From the NCBI RefSeq assembly GCF_001194135.2, contig NC_068982.1, positions 96,463,226 to 96,527,225 on the forward strand: a DNA stretch of 64,000 nucleotides, read 5' to 3'. A program made the translations under genes and the position numbers. The notes beneath the pieces were generated by a model, which had not been told where the DNA came from, did not search any database, and saw nothing but the letters and a program-made list of their open reading frames with translations. Numbering within the stretch: position 1 is the stretch's first letter; every line of letters starts with the position of its first letter. The stretch is from Octopus bimaculoides. Taxonomy: Eukaryota. Shown piece by piece: positions 63,742 through 64,000 of this stretch.

Positions 63742-64000
63742 CGTCATCATCATCATCATCATCATCACCGTTTAACGTCCGCCTTCAATGCTAGCATGGG
63801 TTGGACGATTTGACTGAGGACTGGTGAAACCGGATGGCAACACCAGGCTCCAATCTAATTTGGCAGAGTTTCTACAGCTGGATGCCCTTCCTAACGCCAA
63901 CCACTCAGAGAGTGTAGTGGGTGCTTTTACGTGTCACCCGCACGAAAACGGCCATGCTCGAAATGGTGTCTTTTATGTGCCACCCGCACAAGAGCCAGTC
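63742..64000 (-). mobile_element. RTE 3' UTR (family C), young copy cut by window end
   Basis: Nearly identical to the reverse complement of 17735-17970. Confidence 0.85.

Overview
This is AT-rich, repeat-dense eukaryotic non-coding DNA (intergenic or large-intron). The SINE/LINE families and microsatellite load resemble an octopus-like coleoid cephalopod genome; this is recognition from memory, not a database result. No full-length protein-coding gene can be supported. Nearly all listed ORFs are microsatellite translations, antisense reads of transposons, or chance. Real coding homology is limited to decayed transposons: an internally deleted mariner, two hAT transposase fossils, and RTE and CR1/Jockey-like LINE fragments. 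There are also several tRNA-derived SINE families, TTAA- and 8-bp-TSD MITEs, four N gaps and a few weak microexon candidates. The most interesting signal is four sequence-unrelated loci with minimal type I hammerhead-ribozyme (HHR) folds, as seen in Penelope-like element (PLE) termini and retrozymes. The best sits in a 140-bp-arm palindrome (45121-45406) and has a G3-C8 swap of the canonical C3-G8 core pair. Another lies downstream of a tRNA-like Pol III head (13195-13508). SINE family labels A-F are my own working names.
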